From Anthoceros angustus (lineage: Eukaryota > Plantae > Anthocerotophyta): a stretch of DNA of 64,000 bases. Shown here in pieces: positions 53,501-64,000 of the stretch; the first letter of the stretch is position 1, and every line of letters starts with the position of its first letter. The notes under the pieces are model-generated. The model saw only the letters and a list, made by a program, of their open reading frames with translations. It ran no database searches and was not told where the DNA came from. The position numbers and the translations under genes are program-made. The DNA is taken from the NCBI GenBank assembly GCA_010909165.1, contig MU008170.1:1302001-1366000 (forward strand), given 5' to 3'.

Positions 53501-55686
53501 AACAGTGTCTCTTAGTATAGGGGTTTGTCTCTGAATCCCATTTTGGCCCCAACCATCCAGAAATGCACAAGTCTCATTTCACTATTTTTAGCGATTTGCG
53601 AACCCACAGCCTATGCATCGGAGCCCAAAAGAAGACCTTATTTGCCGATCGACCGCACAAATGCCGGACACACCTTTGTACCAAGTGGTTGGCGGATGGT
53701 AACACTTATGCTCCAAAGAGCTGGAGGCGGACGTCCGATATACTCAAAGAGGTGTAGTGCACCGGGGTTTGGAGAGGTTTCCGTCAATACTTGTGCAGGC
53801 GAACACTTTCGAAATCGTTCAAGTTGCTTGTGCACACTTGTCACCGCACCAACACTCGCATCAATTCTCTTTTCAAACCCCGTCATTCTGAGCAATCCCA
53901 GACGGCAGGCATACCTTGTCTGGCCTGCCTCCTCCGTGCCGGAGATAAGTTGCACTTAGAGTTGCAACTTTAGGATAGGGCGAGAATTGGGCAAGGTAAA
54001 GGATGGTGAGGCCTCCTCAACCCTTCTTGATCAAACTCTTCGGAGCTTACATTTCTTCTTATCAAGTACGTACCGCTTTCAACCTTAGTCTACCCATGTG
54101 TGGCACATGGTGCAAGTTAGACCTTAAATTCAAAATCTCTTGGTGAAACTCAGCTATAGTTCGTCTCTGAACACCTAGCTGCGCCACAGCTGTAGTGGGC
54201 ATCACAGTGCGTATAGATAGGTCCTTCTTCAGAGCCTCACTGAAATACTCAGCGATTTGGTCAAAATCCCCAGCTAGGGCAATCAGCCCTCTTTCTTCAG
54301 ATACTCGCTGGCTCTCACTAGGGCTCACAGTGGCCAGGCAGATGCTCTCTTATACTTGTGTTCTACTGCATCCGACATGCTTTTATTACTCAAGGACAAA
54401 TCATATATTCTATTTATTTTCTTGCTTCTCTGCAAAACATTGTGAAACATTGTCATTTTCAAAAGGTTGGCCATTAGAAACCACCATTATACATGTCAAA
54501 TTTTGGAAAATGTAGCTCATCTAGAAACCAAGACCCATATGTGCATCAAACTCGAATGAGCCGGACATTTGGCACACCAATCAAAAAGATCCAGCTTTAA
54601 GTCATCGGTAGGGGTACATAGAGTAAGGCCGAAAAGGTTTTATATATTGAATACAAAGCGAATGTGGGAACATAACGTCAACCAACAAATTATTTTAAAA
54701 AATAATATTCATGACTTTATGCCTAGATACCGGGATGATTTACAAAATTTTCAAACCACTGAAATCAACACCCCATCCCGTTACTGATCCGCCCCTAGGT
54801 TGCTTAACAGTGGAGTTCTTACAAAGTTTTAAAGCACCAAAAATAAGCATTGATCCGACCCAAGAGTGTTGAACCCTGGAATTCTCAAAGCACCAAAAAC
54901 AAGCACCCCATCCTAGTACTAATCCAACCAATCCTAGTATTAATCCAACTCAAGAATGTTTAACTCTTGAGTTCTTATGCTACTTGTCTATCTACACCTT
55001 TACCAAACAAATATAATTGTGATAGATAGAAATAATACATATATATTTGTGCCGGACGGTCGCGCCAATGTACCGAACGTTCGGCACATTGCTTCAATTC
55101 CTTTCTCTGTTTTTCACTCTAACAATGGAGATCCCAGGGTTGTGTACTCACAGTGCACCAGACGTCCAGCGCTACTTTCTAGAGTCGTAGTTTGTTCCTC
55201 TCGAGATGACCATGATCAGGCTATCGGTTAATGTTCTCTCACAATTGCGCCGGACGTCCGGCGTAGTTGCTAGCTGGTAAACCAAACCAATTGGTTTGGT
55301 TTGGACTAGTTTGCAAACTAGTCCAGCAAGCTAAACTGCATCGGACGTCCGGTGTAACCAACACGCAAAAGAAGCAACTCGCAAGCCGAAACCCCGCTAG
55401 GAAGTACTATCGCCTACGAAAGAGGTGTTTAGGATTCCTAGCACCTGTTATAAATTCTTGAAATCCCTTCCTTGTGAAGGTGAAATCCGCGAACCTTCTT
55501 CGGCTTAAACCCTAGTAGCGTAAGTGTTCGCGAGAAAATAACATGGTCAATGACTTTCAGTACATGTCTAAAGAGTGGGTTTGCTAAAGATGATGCATTT
55601 TGGCCCGTTTTGGGAGGCCATTTTTTGGTCTTTAGGGACCCAAACCCCTTTAATGGAGAATAAACCCTATCTAGAGAGACACTGTT
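53501..55686. mobile_element. Non-autonomous TIR DNA transposon-like insertion (~2.2 kb)
   Basis: Imperfect ~30-bp TIRs AACAGTGTCTCT..ATAGGG and CCCTAT..AGAGACACTGTT; the host GMAGF|YRRF frame is interrupted exactly here; TSD length ambiguous (TTTA, or an imperfect 8 bp). Confidence 0.8.
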
Positions 55687-57992
55687 TTTATCGACGCTTC
55701 ATCCAGAACTTCAGCAATGCGGTTTCGTTGACAGATGCCCTCAAGCAATCAGCCAGTAAAACCCTGCGGCTAGATGCAACCACCCAAGCAGCATTCGAGA
55801 CCTTGAAACAGGCCCTCAGTAGCGCTCTAATCCTTGCTATAGCATATCCCTATGCCCCCTACAGAGTTCACACGGATGCATCAGATTTTGCACTAGGTGC
55901 AGTTCTATCTCAAAATGATAAGGCTATAGCTTTCGAATCGAAGAAGTTACAAGATGCTCAACTCAACTATGCAGTTCATTACAAAGAAATATTGTCTATT
56001 GTCCATGCACTCAAGGTTTGGCGACATTACCTCTTAGGCCAACGGTTTGTATGCAATACCGATCACCACTCGTTACAACATTTCTTCTCACAATCAAACC
56101 TCAACGCCAGACAACGGCGTTGGGTTGAGTATCTCGCACACCACAACTTTGAAATCAAGTACATGATAGGTGCCTCTAATGTCATGGCAGATGCTCTCAG
56201 CAGAAGGGCGTGCACCATGATGTCCAACCAACTAGACACCATCAGAATTGTTCGGGATGCCATTCCTGCTAACCCCACTATGAACAAAGTTATACCAAGA
56301 CCTGCTCACATACGCTGCAACAGGGACACCTACAGCCCTTACACAAGTGTATACCTTGAAGGACGCCTGTATGTACCGCAAGGGCCGACTGATGATTCCC
56401 AGCAACTCCAGGAGGTGAAAACATCCATACTCCATGACTTGCAGGACTCACCTCTTGCAGGTCACTTGGGAATTGACAAGACCTATGCTCGGGTCAAGGA
56501 GCACTCCTACTGGGATGGCCTCCGCTCAAACTCCATCGAATGGGTTCGTTCCTGCACATCATGCCAGCAAGCCAAGAGTGACCACCAGAAATAGCCACGT
56601 CTTCTTCAACCCCTTGAAATCCCTGCCAGCAAATTTAGGTCCATTTCCATGGACTTCATCACACGCCTACCCCGTACTAGAAACGGCAAGGACAGTATCT
56701 AGGTCATCATGGACAGGTTGTCCAAAGTATGCCATTTTATCCCAATCACTTCCACACTCACAGCGCACAAACTCACAAGAGCTTTTACCCGAGAGATCTT
56801 CCGACTCCATGGCCTACCTAAAAATATAGTGTTAGATTGGGATGCCAAGTTCACTTCCAGATTCTGGCAGACCTTTTGTGAAACCCTAGGTATCCAGCGG
56901 CACCTGTCATCCACATGCCATCTTGAGTCAGATAGTCAAACAAAAAAACAAAACCAAGTCCTAGAAGATATACTTCGACATTTCTCCCATGAGAAGCAAG
57001 GACGATGGGAAGAATTACTCCCTCTTTTAGAATTTGCCTACAACATGTCCAAGCATGCGGCACCTAAGACTAGCCCATTCAAATCAGACGATGAAAATCT
57101 CCCCCGCCTCGGCCAGCCTGAGGAACGTCAAGACCAAATCGTTGAGGATGTTTGGACAGAGGTGCGACGAGCCAAGTAGAAGCTCCAGGCTGCATAGGCG
57201 AGGTACCAAAAGTCAGCCAACAAGCATAAGCGCCAGGTTACATATCAGATTGGCCAACAAGTATGGTTACACATGAAACCTTATCGATATCCCAGCTTAA
57301 TCAAGTCGAAGGACAAGCTTGCTTATAGGTACGCCGGTCCTTTCTCAGTTTCCAAACAGATCAATCTCGTCGCCTATCAATTAGACCTTGCTGCAGGCTG
57401 TCGCATCTGCAGTGCATTCCACATTTTTCTCCTCAAACCGGTCATCTCGAGAAGCCCCGACCTGATACCCACCCCTTGCCTAGCCATGCTACCCCCCCAT
57501 CCAGCCCCTCCCTAGCCCATCTAACCCAGTCGTCCCCCCAATACCTACTACCATCCACGAACTCATCCGCATCCTTCAAACCCGTACGCGTCAGCTCCGC
57601 ACCCGCGCCGTGACGGATTACCTGGTCGCCTGGACAGGCGACCCCGACTCAGCGGCCAAACCTCGTGCCATGTACAAAAGACCAAGACACTTTTGTAAAA
57701 GAAGCCATTCTCGTGCCCAACTGGAGTTCATGTCAAACATCCTTGGCAACATCTTAATCTGGCAATACAAATGAAAAACCGCTTGGCTGACTTTAAGAGC
57801 AGGCGTTGGGTAAAGCGCACGCTTCAATTCAATCTTGCTGATACGAGTCATATAGAACTAATTTGTCCTGATTTTGGCACCGGAGCATTGTGCGCGCAAG
57901 TTCAATGAAGAAAGACTAAGCGGCATAATCTCCGCCCAGACGGGTTGAAAGTTTATGCAAATGAGACACAACGTAGGACCGTAGACCCGAAA

Positions 57993-58223
57993 GAAAATGA
58001 TCCATCATCCAAATATATTTTTTGCTTCCTTCAATAATCTATAATAACAAGGTCTGCAGTTTCACTTGCAATGACCCTGACATTTCACTTACAATGGGCA
58101 GTTAAAGTGCGATCCATGTTGTTAATGGAATCTTGAATATTGAAAGAAGTTAAAACTCATGCGTAGATGTTTCATTCTTGGGAAACCGACTTGTCTATAA
58201 TGCAAACAAGGAAGAAAGCAACT
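57993..58223 (+). repeat. Dispersed copy of the left-end segment of modules B and C
   Basis: Similar to 12965-13198 and 35320-35552 (gaaatgatccatcatcc...gtgcaaacaag). Confidence 0.85.
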
Positions 58224-58230
58224 GCATATA

Positions 58231-58393
58231 AATACATTACGACTTTTGGACATCTTATATATATATATATATAGTGTAATTAGAATTTTATTAAAGATAA
58301 AGGAGAGATACAAAAAATACATTACGACTCTTGGACATCTTATATGTATATTTAGTGTAATTAGAATTTTATTAAAGATAAATGAGAGATACA
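58231..58393. repeat. ~85-bp direct duplication containing (TA)n
   Basis: aatacattacgact..ggacatcttatat..agtgtaattagaattttattaaagataaa..gagagatacaa occurs twice. Confidence 0.85.
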
Positions 58394-59430
58394 ATGCCTT
58401 ACAACTTCAACTCCAAGATCTCCTTAGCAAACACCAAAAGAAATCATGGCGGACCACACAGAAAAACCAACACATTTCACATAAAAATAAGCCTTTAGAT
58501 CCAAGAAAGTTTGCATAGAAACATGCCTTTAGAAGCAAGAAAGTTCTCACAAACGCAGACCTTCCTATCCAAAAAAATTCACATACAAAGACTCCTTGAG
58601 TTCCAAAAGAGTTCCTATAGAGATTGATCTTCAAATCCACTTGAAGAAAGAAAAAACGTCCACGCACATCTTTGCAAAAAGACAAAGAGATGTGAACTAT
58701 GTATGAGATCCATTTCATATTTACATACATTGCTATTGGATTCAAAGCTACACACTTTGGGATCAGACCTTTAATATGGTACTTCAGACCAACTCGGCCA
58801 TCTCAACTCGTGCTCATCTAAAATAATGTAAATATTTTTAATAAAATTTTAAGGATGAACGAATTAACTAATATAATTTTTTAATTTTAATTTTACACTC
58901 GCTATGGAAGTCACTACCCAATGTACATATTCCGAGAAACACAAAAAAGTCACTAGGATACATGGCCTATATATGCATGTGGTAGCACCGTTATATGGCC
59001 ATGGCCAGTGCCGAGTCGCTGGACATCAATCCAATCGTGCACTCTGCTCGAACGTATGCGTGTGTCATGCTCAAGTACATCTTGCGGTTTTTCCTAACTC
59101 TTGCTCGGCACAGGACTCATGGATCATGTATATCCTCTCCTGCTTTTTTCAGACATTGGGTGCAACAGCCACTTGGCTGCCTTAGCTTCGCTTCATTCTG
59201 CATCCTTTGTGGGCTTCACTTCAGTCACCTGCGCGACTTTGGGAGCTTCACTTCACCGTCTCCTCATACGATTTTTGCAGCTGCAAGCGATGGCCTGTGC
59301 TGGACTGTCATCACCTGTTCCCTGCTGTGTGACAGCCATCATTCAAGTCTGACACTTGCTGGAAGGGAGCTGGATTCATCGTGACTTCACCCACCAGGCT
59401 ACTTCTGTTCCACATGTGAAATTTCGGGCA

Positions 59431-62300
59431 ATGGGTCACGTTCCGCGGAGACTGAGAATCGATTTGTGCCGACGGTATTTTACTGCGCTCTGCAGAGCGA
59501 GTGATGGATTTGGGTTCGGGGTGAAGGCTGGTTCTGCCCCTGGGGGAGCTCATGAAATGTTGTGCGGGAGGTCAGACATGCCGAATTATGAATCCCCGAC
59601 ATCTCTGTTTCACGGCAATGCGGACATCCTCGGCTTCCACCGGGCTTCAGGCAGTGGGATGGTCGGGGTTAGGGGATATACGACCACCCTGGAGCAAGGA
59701 CTCAATGTCCTTCCCAACAATGTGGAGGCTAAGAGCTCGGCTTTTGAGGGAAATGTTCGGGCTATGGAGGAGCTGCTGACGGACCTTCGAGGTCTTACTC
59801 ACCAGGTCTGCTTTGGCTTGCTCACTTTGTTCTCCAGGTAGTGGGCAGTTAGTGAGCAGGGGGGAAATTAAATTCCTTGCTTTCCTCCTGCAAAAAGCTG
59901 ATGAACCATAAGTTTGGGACTGCAGGTGACGTTAGGAGGCGGAGCTACAGCTGTTAAGAGGCACCTGGGGAGGAATAAATATTTGCCCCGAGATCGCATC
60001 AACTATCTGCTGGATCCTGGAGCTCCTTTTCTCGAGCTGTCGCCAGTAAGTGACTTCACTGGACTACACAGCACTGCTACTTTAATCTAGTGGATTACAA
60101 GTAGGAAGCACTTGATTACTTGTAGGAGCTGTCTTCTGAAGGAGTCCTGGAAGGCTGAAAGATGTGCAAGTGCCATGTCGTTTTGAGCAGCTTGCAGGAC
60201 ACGAGCTGTACGATGAACCGTTACCAGCAGGAGGGATTGTTACTGGCTTAGGTCCTATCCATGGACGCTTGTGCATGCTGGTAGCCAATGATGCCACAGT
60301 GAAGGGTGGAACTTACTTCCCCATCACTGTCAAGAAGCATTTACGTGCTCAGGAAATAGCAGCACAGTGTGGTCTTCCCTGCATCTATCTGGTTGACAGT
60401 GGGGGTGTTAACCTTCCACAACAGGCAGAAGTGTTTCCCGACAGGGATCACTTTGGGAGAATTTTCTACAACCAAGCTGTCATGTCAGAGCGCGGAATAC
60501 CTCAAATTGCTCTTGTTCTCGGTTCTTGTACTGCAGGGGGTGCGTATGTACCAGCAATGGCAGATGAAAGTGTGATTGTGAAGCAGAACGGAACTATCTT
60601 CTTAGGTGGCCCTCCTCTTGTCAAGGTTCGCCTCCAATGATCTCTTCGTGGATTCAGGTGTCCTGTGCCTGTGAACGTGGATGGTTAACTCCCTATCAGG
60701 AATTATTGCAATCTCTAGCTTCTGAATCATGTACAGCAATCATCGGCAGGCAGCAACTGGTGAGGTAGTCACAGCAGAAGCTTTGGGAGGAGCGGCTTTA
60801 CACTGTAGAGAGTCAGGAGTTGCAGATCACTTTGCTAATGGTAATCTCGTGGCTTTTCTTGAGAATGGCTTTTCCAGTGTCTTCTCTGATACCTTCCACG
60901 TTCTGTTCACCCAAGGCTTGTTCTCCTCTTCATGATGTAGATGAGCTGCATGCTCTGGCGATTGGGAGAAAAATTGTGGGGAACTTGCACCTAGCTGGGA
61001 TCACAAGCAAGGGACCTGCAAGTGTGAGCAGCCCGGATGCTGAAATCCGTGAGCCTCTGTACAGTGAGAAGGAGCTGCATGGAATTGTGCCTTCTGATCC
61101 ACGACAGTCTTATGATGTTCGTGATGTTATCGCAAGACTTGTTGATGGAAGCGAGTTCGACGAATTTAAGAAGCTCTATGGACCCGTAAGCTGCTATAAG
61201 CTGGTTGTATTGCTCTGTTGCTTCTTAGTTCGATTTGATGCTAATGGGCAAGGAGAACTACGATCCTCTTCTAACCCTCAGGAGCAAATTTTCAGACTTT
61301 GGTAACAGGGTTTGCAAGAATACTAGGCCAACCAGTGGGAATCGTGGCCAACAATGGGATTCTGTTCACTGACTCTGCCCTGAAAGGGGCTCATTTCATA
61401 CAACTATGTGCACAACGCCACATTCCTTTGATTTTTCTGCAAAACATTGCAGGTTTCATGGTTAGCTCTCTGGCAACGATCCAGATTGTCTGGTCTGCCG
61501 GTGGAGTTTGGGGTTCTCTCATAACTGTGGTTGACGTCACCTCTCAGGTTGGGTCAAAATCCGAAGCTAGTGGCATTGCAAAAGCTGGAGCTAAAATGGT
61601 CATGGCTGTGTCCTGTGCAAAGGTTTGTTGTTGTTGTCTTCTCCCGTAACCACTGTAGCCTAAGATTCACGCTCTGTGGCTGGAGCTAGCTGTTTTCTTT
61701 AGCGTAACTTGCTAGCTGCTGCCATACATGTACATGCAGGTACCAAAGATCACCATCGTAGTTGGTGGAAGTTACGGGGCTGGAAATTATGGCATGTGCG
61801 GTCGGGCATACAGTCCCAACTTCCTGTTTCTATGGCCCAACGCCCGGATATCTGTCATGGGAGGAGCGCAGGTGGGTAGGTTAGTTGGTGCTGAGTTCCC
61901 TCGGTAGCAGAAGGGCAGCTAACCCGAATATTTGGAATGGGCAGGCTGCTGGAGTTCTTGCCGAAATCGAGAAGGAGAGGAGAAAAAGAGCGGGCGAACA
62001 GGTCGAGGCCTTCACACGAGTTCGTATGGATTGCATTCAGAGCAAGAACGGTGAGGCTAATCATGATGACTGTGTTTCTGTCATGTTGGGTCACAGTGGA
62101 GTACCCAGGACGAGGAAAGCTTCAAGGTCAAGCTGGTTGCCCGATATGACAAAGAAGGCCACCCCTATTACGCCAGCGCAAGACTCTGGGACGACGGTGT
62201 GATTGATCCCGCGGACACCCGGACTGTGCTGGGATTGTGCCTTTCAGCGTCTGGCCAACGCGCTCCTGCAGAGTCCAAGTACGGGGTGTTCCGGATGTGA
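59431..62300 (+). CDS. MCCB: Methylcrotonoyl-CoA carboxylase beta subunit, mitochondrial, 10 exons
   Basis: Exons 59431-59805, 59926-60045, 60191-60625, 60750-60840, 60941-61185, 61296-61460, 61548-61622, 61740-61871, 61945-62001, 62097-62300, all GT-AG. Carboxyltransferase motifs [73 protein letters not shown]; ends YGVFRM*. Start codon uncertain. Confidence 0.95.
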
Positions 62301-63217
62301 GTGCGAGCATCCATCCGGCCACACACATGCACATGCAGGCTCTCAGGTCCTGCAACTTCCACCTCGAGTCCTGATCAAAGATGGGCTGCTCTTGGAGTCG
62401 AAGCAAAGCACAGCGTGTGTGCCGACAGTGGACTTGACTCACGAGAAGGTGGTCGGTAAAACCAGTTCCAGGTCTTGTGGTTCTAGAAGGGGCTGAGACG
62501 AGTCGGCAAAGTCAGGCAGTCCATGCCTGCTGCATCCAGGAATCACAGGATGGAAATCGGAATCCAAATTCCAGGGTAGAGTAAGTGCAGCAAGAGAGAG
62601 AGCATGGTGGACCGGGCCTAGAATCCGGATCCTACAGTCTCCCAGATGGGCCCTACAAACCTATTATGTATGTACTTGGTGTGCTGCAGCAAGGAGTGGC
62701 GGAAACGCGAGGCACCCATGATCCATCCACGCAGCAGCCTGGAGTGGTATCCTGTGTCTGTCAACACTCTTGCTTTTCGTGAAACACACTGTGCGCAACC
62801 GCCGGCTTCATTGATTTCTATATCTTGATGGGTTACCTTGGGAAGCATGCAGATCCACCGCTAATCCCGCATTTGGTGACGCCGGCACTGCCACATCTAC
62901 TGCCGCAGTCTGTGTGTCGCCAACAACTGACCCAGACCCAGACCCAGAGCAGCTGGCATGGGACTGGGATGTCGCTCTTTAGTAACTGTGATGGCTGGCA
63001 CTGACAGGTGCTGTACAAGTACATGGTACGTGCTGGTAGCTGCCACGGGCGAGTGTGGTCTGTAGAAGCTCCCAAGTCGTCCACCTCGCAACAACAGTAG
63101 ATAGTCTAGCCCAGTCTCGGCCAGTCTAGCTGCAGCTGCCATGGGTTTGTCTCCGGTGGGTGAGTTTGATCTCAGAAATGAAGGGGGGTCGGCAGGGCAG
63201 TGTCCGACGCCGACCCC

Positions 63218-63616
63218 TCACCTCATAGTCAAGGTCCGTGCACCTTCTCCACTGTATTCAATTGTACATTGTACAGCAGTAACGCACCCTTGTTCGAAGT
63301 CAATCCTGGACGTTACAGTCCTTGTAGTTACATCAACCACATCCTCACGCAGTAGTCTAGTCGAGACACAGACGTGGGTAGCCACGTTTCTATCATTTGG
63401 TGAAGCCCTGCACTGCCCAGTTGCAACACCGTCACATGACCTGAATTCCAGCGCGGATATTGGGAATCTCTCCACTCCCATTGGCTGCTGCTGCTGCTGC
63501 TCCTCCTGCTGCCCGTTCAGTTCAGGAATGTTGTCCCCACAGCTGGAGGTTGAGAATTTGAACACCTGGTACATTAGGATGCGGAGTTTGGGTGTTGGAC
63601 CCACGACAATCAACAA
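63218..63616 (-). other. Possible exon of an unidentified convergent gene
   Basis: 132-codon open frame with a poly-Q tract ending at a donor-like AG|GTGAGG; no recognisable domain. Confidence 0.2.
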
Positions 63617-64000
63617 TCACCGCTCATGAGTGATGAGCACACTCCATTTGAACTTCTTCCTCCCGAAAGCAAAGGCTCGCACCCTTAATGTCGCACATGG
63701 GAAACCGCCGACACCGGCTGTCAAGCTGAACACTGTCGGCCAAGCGTGTCGCAACGCTTCTCACGTTCACCTACCGTGACCGGCTACCGCCGGTTGTGAG
63801 TCGTTTAGTCTTTTAGGTGTCCGTTAAGCGCTGACTGCCTTTGCGTAGTGGCACATAGAATTCATTTAAGCTAACCTGCAGGTGGCTGGACGCCATTGGC
63901 TGGAGTGCAGGCGCCGCGGGAACGCATTAAATCGAGTCTTGACCAGTACGCGCTTTTGACTGCCCGGGAGTGTGTGCGCTATTTAGAGCCTTGGGCCGAA

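Larger units (their letters stand above)
45260..57660 (+). mobile_element. Degenerate chromoviral Gypsy pol split by two nested insertions
   Basis: RT 45715-46076 resumes at 53221 (DILIYS...LRGFLGMAGF) and again at 55691 (RRFIQNF); then RNase H DASDFALGAVL, integrase GHLGIDKT, chromodomain DYLVAWTG near 57620. No LTRs found. Confidence 0.9.

Noticed and set aside
57660-58800. ORFs 57618-57851 and 58407-58745
   Set aside because: Short, no recognisable family, neighbouring frames riddled with stops
62300-64000. Confident gene model downstream of MCCB
   Set aside because: Could not assemble an in-frame exon chain or recognise the product; kept only as a low-confidence feature

Overview
Eukaryotic plant nuclear DNA with short GT-AG introns. 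A non-seed land plant such as a hornwort or other bryophyte is plausible, but that is inference only. Two intact housekeeping genes face away from each other at the ends: a 13-exon peroxisomal glutamate:glyoxylate aminotransferase (minus, 2335-5396, C-terminal SRL) and a 10-exon methylcrotonoyl-CoA carboxylase beta subunit (plus, ~59431-62300). The ~54 kb between them is a nested repeat island. (1) Three copies (A, B, C) of an AT-rich composite module. Each carries all or part of a highly diverged, spliced euAP2-type transcription factor gene that the ORF track mostly misses; B and C also carry an intron-containing piece of the neighbouring MCCB gene. (2) A CpG-rich 36-bp satellite with higher-order structure just upstream of the AP2 gene in copy B. 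(3) A young Copia and a chromoviral Gypsy, each with LTRs and TSD, inserted in that satellite. (4) Further Gypsy and Copia fragments. (5) A Gypsy pol split by a 7.1-kb TG..CA insertion (5-bp TSD, own ORF, no LTR pair) and by a 2.2-kb TIR element containing a T-shaped palindrome cluster. Dense small indels in young elements suggest that parts of the assembly are noisy.
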